From Octopus sinensis (taxonomy: Eukaryota), in the NCBI RefSeq assembly GCF_006345805.1, contig NC_043000.1, positions 41,850,001 through 41,914,000 of the forward strand: 64,000 nucleotides of DNA. The letters are read 5' to 3'. The notes beneath the pieces are model-generated. The model was given only the letters and a program-made list of their open reading frames with translations, searched no databases and had not been told where the DNA came from. The translations under genes and the position numbers were made by a program. Below, one piece after another: positions 50,331 to 63,793 of the stretch. Each line of letters starts with the position of its first letter. Within the stretch, counting starts at the first letter, position 1.

Positions 50331-50392
<62 letters not shown>

Positions 50393-50490
50393 CATATAGG
50401 ATAAATCTTTATAAGAATTTATCAAGTAGTTAGCGTGAAAAGTCTCATACGGGAAAAATTTATTAATTATTCCCTTTAAATATATTTATT

Positions 50491-50752
<262 letters not shown>

Positions 50753-51762
50753 TATATATATACTACATATATATGTGTGTGGCGTGCATTTGTGTGTGTG
50801 TGTGAAGGATATATTGTTTATTTTTATGATATAAAATCAGTTTTACTTTGAACCCATTGCCTGCTATGAGTCCCATTTGGGGATCTGCTAAAAACAGTCT
50901 CACTGCCGGTTATTCGTTGTATTTAAAGTGACTTGCTAATGTGTAGTGCATTTGCAGAGATATGTTTAACAATATTTTGTAGCTAAAGTTTGTCATTATT
51001 AGCTCTTGCTAATTCTAGAGGACATTTTATGTCATAAATCGCCAGTTTTGAACTACAAAAGTATTGAGTGTTTTGAAAACGTTTTTTTTTTTCTTTCTTT
51101 TTTTTTGCATTTCCCATCTATATCATTCATTGATATTTCATACACATTTGCATTTGATACTATAGTTTCAAAAAAAAAAAAAAATGTTTATTATTGTAAT
51201 TGAATAAGGATGAATATGCATTTTTTCAGCGATCCTCATTTGGGACTTTTCGAAAAATTTATCATAATTTCCAAAATAATTCACGTATGAAGAAAATTTA
51301 AATACTATATACTATTTTAATTCCTAAGACACATGGCATAGCCCAAAAATATGAATTAAAAAAATTGACAGTTAAGGGGTTAAATTGAAGATCTACAGAA
51401 TACGTTATCATCAGAGAGAGAGAGAAGAGAGAGAGAGACGAGAGAGGAGAGAAGACAGACAGACAGACAGACGGACAGAGACAGAGAAACTAAAATTATG
51501 CATCTTCCCAGTTTTTTTTTTTTGCGGCTTTCTGTGATGATGAAATGAGGTCTCTAGAGTCAGTATTGACCCCCTTGTAGGTCTCACACATTCTAGCGGA
51601 TGGTGCTAGAGAGTAAGCTTTCGTTCTTATATTGATGAATAGGCCACAAATGTCGCAAAATGCACCTACCAAGTTCCATAAAACCTTTTGATACTCTCTT
51701 CGATAAATGCAGATGAACTAATTTACATTGGCTACTAAAAGCGAACTGGTGTGTCAAAGTGC

Positions 51763-51810
<48 letters not shown>

Positions 51811-51811
51811 A

Positions 51812-51871
<60 letters not shown>

Positions 51872-51884
51872 ATGAATGCACTGG

Positions 51885-52095
51885 ATTCAAATTTTAGCAC
51901 AAGACCAGAAATTGTGGGGGACCGTGCAAAACGATTACATAGACCCCCAGTGCTTAAATGGTACTTATTTTATTGACCCCCCCCCCAAAAAAAAGGATGA
52001 TGAAAGGCAAAGTCGCCCCCGATGGCATTTGAGCTCAGAAAAGTTAACACGAGCGGGATGCGAATACAGGGACCAAAGATGCGAACACAGTTAGA
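51885..52095 (-). mobile_element. Family A SINE
   Basis: tcaaattttagcacaagacc...gatgaaaggcaaagtcg...atttgagctcagaa. Confidence 0.7.
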
Positions 52096-52276
52096 CATTT
52101 CGGTAGATCCGACGAGTTTACAGCTCCACCAATCCATAGTCTTCGATTAGTAGGTTCTTTTTTTCGACCATAAAGCAATAAAAAGCAAAGTCGACCTCAG
52201 CAGGTTTTGAATTTGGGTTTCGGTAATACAATGGAACACAAGCATAAACATCAAAAGTTCCTACGCCACAAATATA

Positions 52277-52320
<44 letters not shown>

Positions 52321-52769
52321 CCAAGAGAGTTAGAGGTTGTGAATCCAACCAACTAAGGGATAATATCTATCCAATTAGAATACCCAATTATTAATACACA
52401 AGTGTTTTTTCATTGCATGACAATTACATTGCCGAGTGAAAGAATAATGATGCAAATAAACAAGCTTGGGCTTGATATATAACGTATTCATACATATATA
52501 CACGTAAATATATAAAGGGATATTTACGTATATAGAAGGAAGCAAAAACTGAAAATATTCAGATGAACATTTATTTATAAGTATAGAGATATTTATATAT
52601 TTATGTATAAGCATAGAGATATTTGTATATCTACAAAACATATTTACATGGAATACAAACGACAAAGAAAACTAAAAGAAGGTATGGCATTTCAGGTCCC
52701 ACAGCTGTATCTTGGGATTCGGAATTACGTAATAGCCGTAATATTGGTAGATGGAGTGTGCCAAAAGCG

Positions 52770-52808
<39 letters not shown>

Positions 52809-53008
52809 CACAGACACACATATATATACACCCCCATAGGAGCATGAAGATGCACACACGTGTTGGATGTATAGAAAGCGATAAGTTTAACCACAAAGCC
52901 ATTCATACTGGCATTTCATTAGTAAATCATATACAAATATATATGTGTTTAAGTATGTGTGATCGTGTGGCATTTATATTTCTTTGCATTTTATGATACA
53001 CATATCTA

Positions 53009-53424
53009 AGTGTGGCTGTGTGGTAAGAAGCTTGTTTCCAAAAGGCATGGTTCAAAGTTGAGTCCCACAGCGTGGCACCACGAGCAAGTGGCTTCTACTA
53101 TAGCCTAGGGCCGGCCAAAGCCTTGTGAGAGGATTTGGTAAACGGAAATGGAAACTGAAAGAAACCTGTCGTATATATACATATATATGTGTGTGTGTCT
53201 GTCTGTTTGTGTGTGTGTGCATATGTCTGTGTGTCTTTGTCTGCCGCCCCCCATCGCTTGACAACCGAGATTGGTGTGTTTACGTCCCTGCAACTTAGCG
53301 GTTCGGCAAAAGGCTCCGTTAGAATAAGTAGTAGGCTTACAAAGAATAAGTCCTGGGTTGATTTGTTCGACTAATTGCGGTGCTCCAGCATGTCCGCAGT
53401 CAAATGACCGAAACAATTAAAAGA
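53009..53424 (+). mobile_element. Family B SINE, full length
   Basis: gtggctgtgtggtaagaagctt...gcggtgctccagcatgtccgcagtcaaatgaccgaaacaattaaaaga. Confidence 0.85.
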
Positions 53425-53461
53425 ATTTATAAAACCATACACACAGATCTTCTATATACAC

Positions 53462-53492
<31 letters not shown>

Positions 53493-53670
53493 AAGATATA
53501 TTTCAAATGCCGATACAGCTTGGCACCATTTGTACAGCTGAGAGAACAGAAGGAACGTTGTATCAAATGTCATGCTGAAGAACAAAATACCGAACTCACT
53601 ATCTCATGATCGTGAGGCCGACGCTCTAACCAGTGAGCCATGCGCTTTCACATATACATGTGCAAATAAT

Positions 53671-54326
53671 CGTAGGAGTGGCTGTGTGGTAAGAAGATTG
53701 TTCACCAGCCACATGGTTCTGGGTTCAGTCCCACTGCGTGGCACCTTGGGCAAGTGTTTTCTACTATAGCCTTCTGAGTGTATTTGGTCTTGTGGATGGA
53801 TTTGGCAGTCGTGAGCTGGCAGAAACGTTAGCACGCTGAGCGAAATGCGTAGCCGTATTTCGTCTGCCGTTACGTTCTGGGTTCAAATTCCGCCGAGGTC
53901 GACTTTGCCTTTCATCCTTTCGGGGTCGATAAATTAAGTACCAGTTACGCACTGAGGTCGATGTAATCGACTTTATCCCTTTGTCTGTCCTTGTTTGTCC
54001 TCTCTGTGTTTAGCCGCTTGTGGGCAATAAAGAAATATATATGTATGTATATATATGTATATATATATATATGCATGTATGTATGCATGTATGTATGTAT
54101 ATATGTGTGTGTATATGTTTGTGTGTCTGTGTTTGCCCCCCCCCCCAACATCGCTTGCCAACCGATAGTGGTGTGTTTATATCTCCGTAACTTAGCGGTT
54201 CGACAAAGAGACCGATAGAATAAATACAAGGCTTCTCAAGAATACATTTTGGGGTCGATTTGCTCGACAGAAGGCGGTGTTCCAGCATGGCCGCAGTCAA
54301 ATGACTGAAACAAGTAAAAGAGTAAA

Positions 54327-54329
<3 letters not shown>
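53671..54329 (+). mobile_element. Family B SINE containing a nested family A SINE (about 53806-54037)
   Basis: B head and CORE to ggatttggc, then a complete A body and tail (gcaataaagaaata), then the B microsatellite and 3' half. Confidence 0.8.
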
Positions 54330-54372
<43 letters not shown>

Positions 54373-54406
54373 GAATACAACGCACGCAAACACACTCACA
54401 CACACT

Positions 54407-54438
<32 letters not shown>

Positions 54439-55265
54439 AATACACACACATAGATTTGTTTGTGAGTATTTCTCTATAGAAATGACATTAATTTTTATAG
54501 TATCAATGTCTAAGCGCGAGTTTATCAGTGTGTGTTTGTGTGTGTGTGTGTGTACACGTATTTATGTGTGTGTGCGCACGCATATTTATATGTGTGTGTG
54601 TCTGTCCGTATGTAATTTGGGTACGGTCGAAGTCATCAGGGTGAACGCATATGGGTGTATACATGTAATCATGTATACAGGCGCACATATTTTGGCAACA
54701 GCTGTGCTGGCCATAAGCCTAATGACGCACACACCATTCAGACACACACACGCTCGTACGGACACACATACGCATAGACACACACATACATACACACGTG
54801 TATATACATACGTACATTCACGCATACCCATAATAGAGGGAGAAGAAAGCTCTAAGAAAACGATAATAAAAAACGCACACACCCTCAGACATATACATAC
54901 CCATACACACACGCACGCACACAAATGCACGCGCAGACACATAGGCACACACAAAACATATGTAACCTAAAAAAAGAATGCCTGCTTGTGTCTTTCTCTG
55001 TATTATAGTCTGTGCTGGAACGTGGCATTTGCCACTAATCTCAATCTCTTAAAAGGGCCGCAAGCTGTTGCATGCGATAGAAAAGGTTACATATTTTAGA
55101 TTGAATAAATAAATAAATAAGAAATAAATAAGAGAAAATAAACAAGAAAGACAATTAACCCACCTGTTACACCGAGTAGATTAAAGCAGGTGAGATACAT
55201 AACACACACACTGTACACATATATGTTATGTATATACTTATACACACAGGCATAATAGAATATAC

Positions 55266-55296
<31 letters not shown>

Positions 55297-55415
55297 AATT
55301 ATATATATATTAATACACCACACACACACACACGTATACACGCACATACACAACTATCGTACGTAATATATATATATATATATATATAATCCATATGCAT
55401 ATCCGCGCCGCGGAT

Positions 55416-55800
55416 ACTTTTGTCTTTTTGTATTCCAGTTCTAGGGCTGCGGCTACGCTGGGGCACCGTTTTCAATGACTATGTCGAATCGCTAAGTTAT
55501 GGAATCTAAAAAATAGAAAACCACCGGCTATCTATCAAATTGGAACGAACACAAAGACACACACACACACACACACATACAAACATGCGCGCATGCGCGC
55601 ACGCAGACATAGATGCGCGCGCGCACACACACACACACATGCGTATATAGATATACATGACAGGATTCCACTCAGTTTCTGACAATATATATTTACGGCA
55701 TAGGTCGACTTTTGCTGTAACTGAAGGCAATTCTCCAAAGCACCATACAGTGGGACTTATACCGAAACCATAATTCTGAAACAAACTTTTAAAACACACT
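55416..55800 (-). mobile_element. Degenerate family B SINE
   Basis: gctgcggctacgctggggcaccg (reverse tail) ... cagtgggacttataccgaaaccata (reverse head). Confidence 0.6.
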
Positions 55801-55979
55801 ATATGTGTGTGTGCATATTTGTGAACGTATGCACATACATATATATATACATACATACATACATGCATACATACACACACACATAGATATATGTATATAT
55901 ATATACATATATGTATATGATACACACACACACACACATATATATACACACACGTATATATTAGTTCTTATGTTAAAAA

Positions 55980-56090
55980 ATAACAAAGACCAAAACAGGT
56001 GAAGGAACTACAAGCAAGTGTAATAGTTTGACTCACGGGAAATATAGAAAAGTAATTTACGTTTCGAGCCTACTCTCTTCGACAGAAAGA
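55980..56090 (-). mobile_element. Penelope-like terminal repeat fragment with variant hammerhead (56054-56089)
   Basis: Minus strand CTTT-CTGTCGA-A-GAG(agtagg)CTC-GAAA-CG-TA-AA, then a tail homologous to 6233-6310; core A6 replaced by U. Confidence 0.5.
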
Positions 56091-56192
56091 AATAAGAGTA
56101 AATAAATAGAGAATGAAAAAAACGTAGAGTTCAGTAGTCCAACATATGCGACGCCGGTTTAGCCAACCGAAACGTCGAAGTTATTGGCGATA

Positions 56193-56292
56193 NNNNNNNN
56201 NNNNNNNNNNNNNNNNNNNNNNNNNNNNNNNNNNNNNNNNNNNNNNNNNNNNNNNNNNNNNNNNNNNNNNNNNNNNNNNNNNNNNNNNNNNN
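56193..56292. other. Assembly gap (100 N)
   Basis: Run of exactly 100 N, typically a gap of unknown size. Confidence 0.99.
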
Positions 56293-57522
56293 TGGCACTA
56301 CGATACGATGCCTGTAGAGTAGTTCATGAATCGAAAATTTCCCTCGATATCACTGTCAGGCCGGTGATTTCTGGAAATTATCCCGAGGCCTTGGACGGAA
56401 AATCCTCCGTCTATGACGGGACTTCTACCGATTGCAATGTCCGACTTGAAGGCTGTCAACTAATCGGGCAATTTAGTTGGAACAATAATGTGCCTTTTCC
56501 AACTATAGAAACTCGTAATAAGTGCATTCAGTATCACGTTTCCCTTTAGCTTCCCTACATCGATAATATAAAGAACCAGTCAAGTGCTTTGGCCGATTTA
56601 AATGACTAATCACGACATCCATATATCTGATTTTGTACCTTATCTAAGAAAATATATTTAGCTTCCAATGTATACAACTATATCCATTATACTTAATCTT
56701 ATACGTCTCGAACTCACTCCATAGCTTCACGCTTCATTCAGAGACAAAACATTCTTGGTCTTGATTTCTTTCATCGTCGTTTCTTTTGTTACTCATTTAC
56801 ATTTTTCTCTGTTTTGATTCTCATAGCTTTCAGTCTATTCAATGGGTGTGTTGTACATCTATAATTTTCCTCTAACCGATAATTCATTTAACTACGAACC
56901 CTGTGGCGACCTTTCAAGATCGGTAGCCTACGCAGAGCTGCTATTATAACCTTGCTTCCCCACCCACGAATAGGATAAAGCGAACCACCCCTTTTTAAAT
57001 CTCACAGAAGCGGCGGTTTCCAAGATAAAAGTTACAACTGTTTATAATATCTTTATACATGCTGCCATCCACATGCATATAAACGTACATACATATATGT
57101 ATGCATATATGCATACATACAAATACGTATACTTACACATCCCCATATACATCTTTATTCATATACAGAAACATGTTTGTGATGTGTGTGTGTAGACGCA
57201 GTACAACCGAATGGTTCAAAGTTCATTTCGCAATCACTAGGCCTATGGTCTATTCCACTGCGTGGCCTCTTAGCGAATGTCATTTTCTATAGGGAAACGG
57301 AAACTGCAACGAAAAACGTCGGGTGGATTATAACTCTAATTCAAAAGGTGAAGTCCTGATATACTCTGTGTCAGGCTGATTCTACCTGAGTATTGCATTA
57401 AGGATATGTCTGTGGAATGTTCAACTACTTAAACGTTAATGCGGGAGCAGATAACTCATTTGATCAAATGACTGAATCCTCCTCTCCCAACAACAGAGGT
57501 CCACTCCCATCACTCATTCACT

Positions 57523-57559
<37 letters not shown>

Positions 57560-57581
57560 ATACATACATATACATACACAT

Positions 57582-57614
<33 letters not shown>

Positions 57615-57627
57615 CACACACACACGA

Positions 57628-57670
<43 letters not shown>

Positions 57671-57735
57671 ATTATCATCATATACCCAGGCCTATTCCCC
57701 ATTTTTTAGGAGGCAGCTACAGGAAGACACACACA

Positions 57736-58581
57736 AGGCGCGTGTGAAAAGAGGTTGCCTTCCAATCAGATGGTCCCTTGTTCAGTCTCACTGCATGGCA
57801 CCTTGAGCAAGTATCTTCTATAGCTCTAGACCAGCCGAAGACCTGTGAATGGGTTAGGTAGACAGAAACAGAAAGAAACCTGATGTGCATATATATATAT
57901 GTCCGTCTGTCTATCTACCTATCTATCTATTTATCTATCTATATATCTATCTATCTATCTATATATCTTTCTATATATATATATTATATATATATATATA
58001 TTATATATATATATATATATATACATATAAAAGTAAATAAATGGCAGAACGAAGCACCGATATTTACTGGAAAATACCGAATGTAATAAATACGAGGCTA
58101 ATGTATAGCTTCACTGCGTATGTACTAGTTAAGATGCGTGTGTGCAACAAACATGAAAAAAATAGTCTTACCTCTAGGAAGAACATCTGAAAAATGAAAA
58201 ACCTAGGAACGGATAATGCAGTACCGGTTTCAGACTCTTCAAAATACGTTTGCCAACGTATATTTGATTTATCTTCATCAGCTGCATATACCTCGACTGC
58301 ATTATCCGTTTCTAGGTTTTTCATTTTTCAGATGTTCTTCCTAGAGGTAAGACTATTTTCATATATATATATATGAGGCTGGGATGCGAGGTGTCTTTAT
58401 GTTTGTGTTTGTCCCCTACCATCGCTTCACAACGGCTGTTGCTTTGTTTGCGTTCTCATAGCTTAGGTTCATACCAGACTTAAAAACAGTAAGCTATGTG
58501 GTAGTTTTGTTCGACTAAAATCCTTCACGGTGCCCCATGATGGCTGCAGTCTAATGACTGAAACAAGTAAAAGATAAAAGA
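57736..58581 (+). mobile_element. Family B SINE interrupted by microsatellites and a hairpin-bearing insert
   Basis: Head and CORE at about 57736-57890; 3' half at about 58390-58581. Confidence 0.65.
58159..58359. mobile_element. MITE-like foldback: 64-bp arms (1 mismatch), 73-bp spacer
   Basis: 58159-58222 AAAATAGTCTTACCTCTAGGAAGAACATCTG...GATAATGCAGT versus 58296-58359. Confidence 0.8.
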
Positions 58582-58860
58582 CATATACCTACCTACCTAC
58601 CTACATACATACATACATACATACATACATACATACATACATACACAGCCATCCGTCCATCCATCCATCCATACATACATACATACATACATATATACAT
58701 ACATACATACATACATACATACATGCATGCATACATACATACATACATGCATACATACATACATACATACATACATGCATGCATACATACATGCATACAT
58801 ACATACATACATACATACATACATACATACATACATACATACATACATACATACATACAT

Positions 58861-59330
58861 AAAATAGAGTACTGGCGGAATGTCCCAGTGAAAACCCCAA
58901 TAAAATGTAAACACACTAGACCTGATATTATGATGTGGGTCAGAGAAGAGAAACTGTGCACAGTTGTGGAAATCAGCTGCCCAGCGGATGTTAACATAAA
59001 GCTGAAGATCAGTCGAAAAGAGAATACCTACGCTGAACTATTGAGAATTCTGCAGTTGTTCTATCCAAGGTTACAAGTTTGGGTTTATACCTGTAATTAA
59101 GGTGGCACTGGGATATGTAACACACAGCTCAAATACCAATCTTGAGAAATTAGGCTTCTCAAAATCAGAAAGGAGAAAGTTGATTCGATGACTACAGATC
59201 CAAGCCATCACTGGAACTGTAAATATCTGTAAGTCTTTCCGGAAGTTTATCACTTAAGTATATATGAGCATATCTAGATATCTAGATATGAGAATACATG
59301 CATAAAACAAAACATACAAATCTGCACATA
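58861..59330 (+). mobile_element. RLE-type non-LTR retrotransposon 3' fragment embedded in (TACA)n
   Basis: EYWRNVPVKTPIKCKHTRPDIMMW..TVVEISCPADVNIKLKISRKENTYAEL..YKFGFIPVI..LG..LGFS..LQIQAITGTVNICKSF; (ACAT)n on both sides. Confidence 0.8.
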
Positions 59331-59502
59331 TACATACATACTACATACATACATACATACATACGTACATACATACATACATGCATACATACATACATAC
59401 ATACGTACATACGTACGTACATACACACATACATACATACATACATACATACATACATACATACATACATACATACATACATACATACATACATACATAC
59501 AT

Positions 59503-59760
59503 AAATGCTTAAAGTAAATGCTTAAAGGAGATTCTGGATTTTCAGAAAGAGAAATCGACTAGCTAATTCATACATTACAAGTGCAATCTGTGAGTGGAGC
59601 AGTTAAAATTTGCAAACCTTTTCTCACGTTCCAAATGTGAATTTATCTGTGTCTGTCTCCATCCCAAAGATGGGGCCTTGTATCCTTGTTGGAAACTGGC
59701 TCCCTCCTCAGTGGAAAATTTATAATAATTAAAAAAATAGAAGAGACATACATGCATGAA
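59503..59760 (+). mobile_element. Second, divergent RLE LINE 3' fragment embedded in (TACA)n
   Basis: SGFSEREID*LIHTLQVQSVSGAVKICKPFLTF, homologous to the C-terminus of 58861-59330; different 3' UTR; (ACAT)n on both sides. Confidence 0.65.
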
Positions 59761-60284
59761 TACATACATACATACATACATACATACATACATACATACA
59801 TACATACATACATACATAGATGCATACACACCGTCGCTCATAAATCTTTGCGTGTGCTTCATAATGTACAGCGGGACGCTCGTTATGTTATGCGCGCATG
59901 TACGAAGAAGATGATTAACTGGTTGGATGGGTAGTTCGTTATTAGGTGCATTGACGGGTGGCTATGAGGACGTTGAAGGGTGTACAGGCTGATGAAGGAA
60001 GACTAATGGAAGTGGTGATTGTGATATGCAGTGGGCGTCGGCTAAGGTTTCTTTTACTTTTCCGAAAATAACATACAGTAACTAGCTTTAACATGCCCGA
60101 AGGTATCCCCCTTTCTCACGCACAACTCACTCCACACGTGTATAACTGTACGGTGTATGTATGTGTCTGTGGATGTTATGTATAGGCGTGTGAGTGCGTG
60201 TATATGTGAATATATATAAGTATGCATGACTGAAAGAACGAATGGGTTGCGTGTATATATATATATATATATATATACACTACA

Positions 60285-60359
60285 GATAGATAGATAGATA
60301 GATAGATAAATAAATAGACAGATAGATAGATACACAAATAGACAGATAGACAGATAGAC

Positions 60360-60392
<33 letters not shown>

Positions 60393-60480
60393 TATAGATA
60401 GATAGATAGATAGACAACAGACAGATAGACACACAGGTAGATAGATAGATATATAGATAGATACATTGATAGACAGATAT

Positions 60481-60541
<61 letters not shown>

Positions 60542-60550
60542 CAAATAGAC

Positions 60551-60623
<73 letters not shown>

Positions 60624-60625
60624 TA
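60285..60625. repeat. (GATA)n/(GACA)n microsatellite
   Basis: Direct reading of the sequence. Confidence 0.9.
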
Positions 60626-61147
60626 ATTATGTATGCTCGCACACATCTGATTTCTTGTGGGCGTGTTTAACGCATAATTATATACATATACATACATACT
60701 TAGCATAATATATGTGCCTGTACGTGCGTATGTATATATTTGAGCGTTTGTGTGTCTATGTGTTTGTGAAGTCTTTTCTCATCATTGTATATGTGCCCAT
60801 GCATACGCATACACGTGCATAGAAAACCATGGGCTCTCATAGAAGCACACGTGCGCGCTCCTTCACGAACACTAGAACTCATGAACATAGGCAATACCTC
60901 TTTCAGACGAAATACAACAGTTCCTTAGGCGCTTAGGAACATGAGCATGCACGAATGCATGCAAACAGCTACACAATACTTACATACAGACACATATACA
61001 AACTCCCATACGCACACAAACAGATTTGACATTCATGTATGAATATACACATATTCAAACGTAAACAAACAAGCATTATTTGAAGTCTATAATTTCCTTA
61101 TGTATAGTGCTTGTTAAGATCAGATGTGTATACACAAACTCTTGCAA

Positions 61148-62835
61148 AAGGCGGCGAGCTGGCCGGATCGTTAGTGCGTCGGGCAAAATGGTTAACGGCA
61201 TTTCGTCCGTCTTTACGTTCCGAGTTCAAATTCAAATTCTGCCTAGGTCGACTGTACCTTTCATTCTTTCGGGGACAATAAATAAATACCAGTTGAACAC
61301 TGGGGTCGATGTAATCGACTTACCCCCTGTCCAAACATGCTGCCTTGTGCCAAAATTTGAAACAAATAAAATTTTTATGTCAAAGGCGGCGAGCTGACAG
61401 AATCATTTTAAAAATGCTGAGCGGCATTTCGTCCGTCTTTACGTTCTGAGTTCAAATTCCGCCAAGGTCGACTTTGCCGTTCATTCTTTCGGAGTCAATA
61501 AACTGAATACCATACAAATATTGGAGTCGATGTAATCGGCTAGCCCTCTCACCCAAAATTCCTGGCCTTGTGCCTGAAGTAGGAAAGAATATAGTCTTTA
61601 CGCTATTTAAGGCGGGGTGTATTGGTAGATTTTCTAGAATGCTTTACAGTTTCGTGCCCTCCCTCCGTATTCTGATTTCAAATCCTCCGGAGGCGGACTT
61701 TTTCTTTATTCATATCGGCTATCGATAAGTGAAGCACAAATACTGGGACTGAATCTTCTCTCTCTTGCTCTCTCTCTCCCTCTCTTTTTTGATTGATTTA
61801 TACTTCGAAGTCAGAATTGCAACCTCACTACATTATGTCATGCCGGATCGTCCTGAGAATTACGTTCATAGTACACTGGGGCGTGGAATACTCGACCACT
61901 TACACGTTAATTTCACGTGTACAAATTCATCTGGATAAATAACTGAAATGCCTATTGATGAGATCGATAAACATTCACTCACCTAACGCGATTTCTATCT
62001 CGTTAGCATGTTATAGTCTTGATGGAATAAAGCTCAAGACATAACTGTTGTCATTGTTAACAGTAAAATGTGGCGAGCAGGCAGAACCATTCGCACGCTG
62101 GACAAAATTATTAACGGCATTTTTCCGGCTTTAATTTCTGGGTTCAAATTCAAATTCCGCTGAAGTCGACTTTGCTATCCATCCTTTCGGGATCAAATAA
62201 GTACCAGTTGTTGGATGTAATCGAGTAGCCACTCACCTCAAAGTGTCAGACCATGAGACTTTAGTAAAAAGGAAAGAATACTAAAGTGATGAATTAGCAA
62301 GGGCTAACGCCTCTAACAAATTGCTATACGGTATTCCTTCCGGTTATTTACGTTCTGGTTTCAAATCTCACTGTGGTCAGTTTTGCCCTTTATCCTTTCG
62401 TAGATCTACCAAATAAAGTGCCAGTCGCGTAATGGGCTTCATTGCATGTACTAAAATCTGCCCTTAAAATTGCTGCCCTTGCACCTAAATCAGAAACCTA
62501 TGTTGTTTGATGCTGTTGTTATTCACTGTAAATGATGATGTTTTACTGAGCTCCACTCAGAAGTTGTTTTCTTCCATGATTAACCAAGGTAAACAATTCA
62601 TACTTTTTTTCCTCATTTATTATTTTTGTAATTTCTATGACACAAAAGGCTTCGGAAAATTTTATCATTCATCAAGGCAGCGAGCTGACAGAATCGTAAG
62701 TTCAAATTCCGCGGAGGTCGACTTACCTTTCATCCTTTCGGGGTCGATAAAATAAGTTGAGTATTGGGGACGATGTAATCGCCTCACCTCTTCCCCCGAA
62801 GTTGATGATGTTGTACCAAAATTCGAAACCAATAT
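61148..62835 (+). mobile_element. Cluster of six same-strand family A SINEs (starts about 61148, 61383, 61609, 62068, 62284, 62674)
   Basis: Each shows the GGCGGCGAGCTG-type head and/or the gttcaaattcc..gtcgactt..cctttcatcctttcgg body. Confidence 0.8.
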
Positions 62836-63751
62836 TTTTACACTCACCGCCATTATTAAACCGAGGTGGAAAAGAAATCTCACCTTTGTCATTCTAATTG
62901 TATATACACATTTTTATAAGCGTTTATTTTGATTCTTTTATCAGTGGTTCAATACGGTCACTTCTGGATAGCAGTGGAAGGAGATGCTGAGGACGCTGTG
63001 GTTGTAGCGAAATTGTTAAATATATTTTTAAAAATCGGATTAAGATAAAATATAATCATAACTTACAATTCATGATTAACCAGACAATTACAGATACAGA
63101 CAACCTTAGACAAACGAAAACGAGAATGGTTGGAGGAAGATACCTTCACACCGGAGGCCAAGCCAGAAAGCTTGAAGCATACTCGTTCCCGCTAAATACA
63201 TCCCAGGTATCATGAGACGGTGTTAAACTACAGGTGGATTAAACTTAACACATGATTAGGCCATAGCAGAAATTGAACTCAAAGCGCAGAAAGTCGAAAC
63301 AAATACCGTGGCACATTGTATTCGAAGCTCAAAAGAATTATCTAATTTGTCACTTCTGTGTATGTATGTATGTATGTGTATGTATGTATGTATGTATGTG
63401 TGTGTGTATGTATGTATGTGTGTATGTATGTATGCATGTATGCGTGTATGTATGTATGAGTATGGATGGATGGATGGATGGATGGATATATGTATGTATT
63501 CTACCTTTCTTTCTTCCTTTTACCGAAAATTAATCTTCACAGAGGTAAAGAAGCTAGAACTAAATAAACTTTTTTTTCAGAAAACGAATATTTCCTAAAA
63601 GATGAAAGAGAACTGCTAGCTTTGTACATATATGTGTGTGTGTGTGTGTGTATGTATGTATATGTGTGTGTTTGTGCGTGTGTATATATATACACATACA
63701 TACATATGTAGACACACAAGCACATACTAGCACACATACACACACTCGCAT

Positions 63752-63793
<42 letters not shown>

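Noticed and set aside
55400-55416. GC hairpin TATCCGCG-C-CGCGGATA
   Set aside because: Resembles a Helitron terminator but has no CTRR end or matching 5' end on either strand.
56184-56549. 121-aa ORF spanning the N run
   Set aside because: The start and the gap-crossing frame are artefacts of the 100-N gap; the downstream part is kept only as a low-interest finding.
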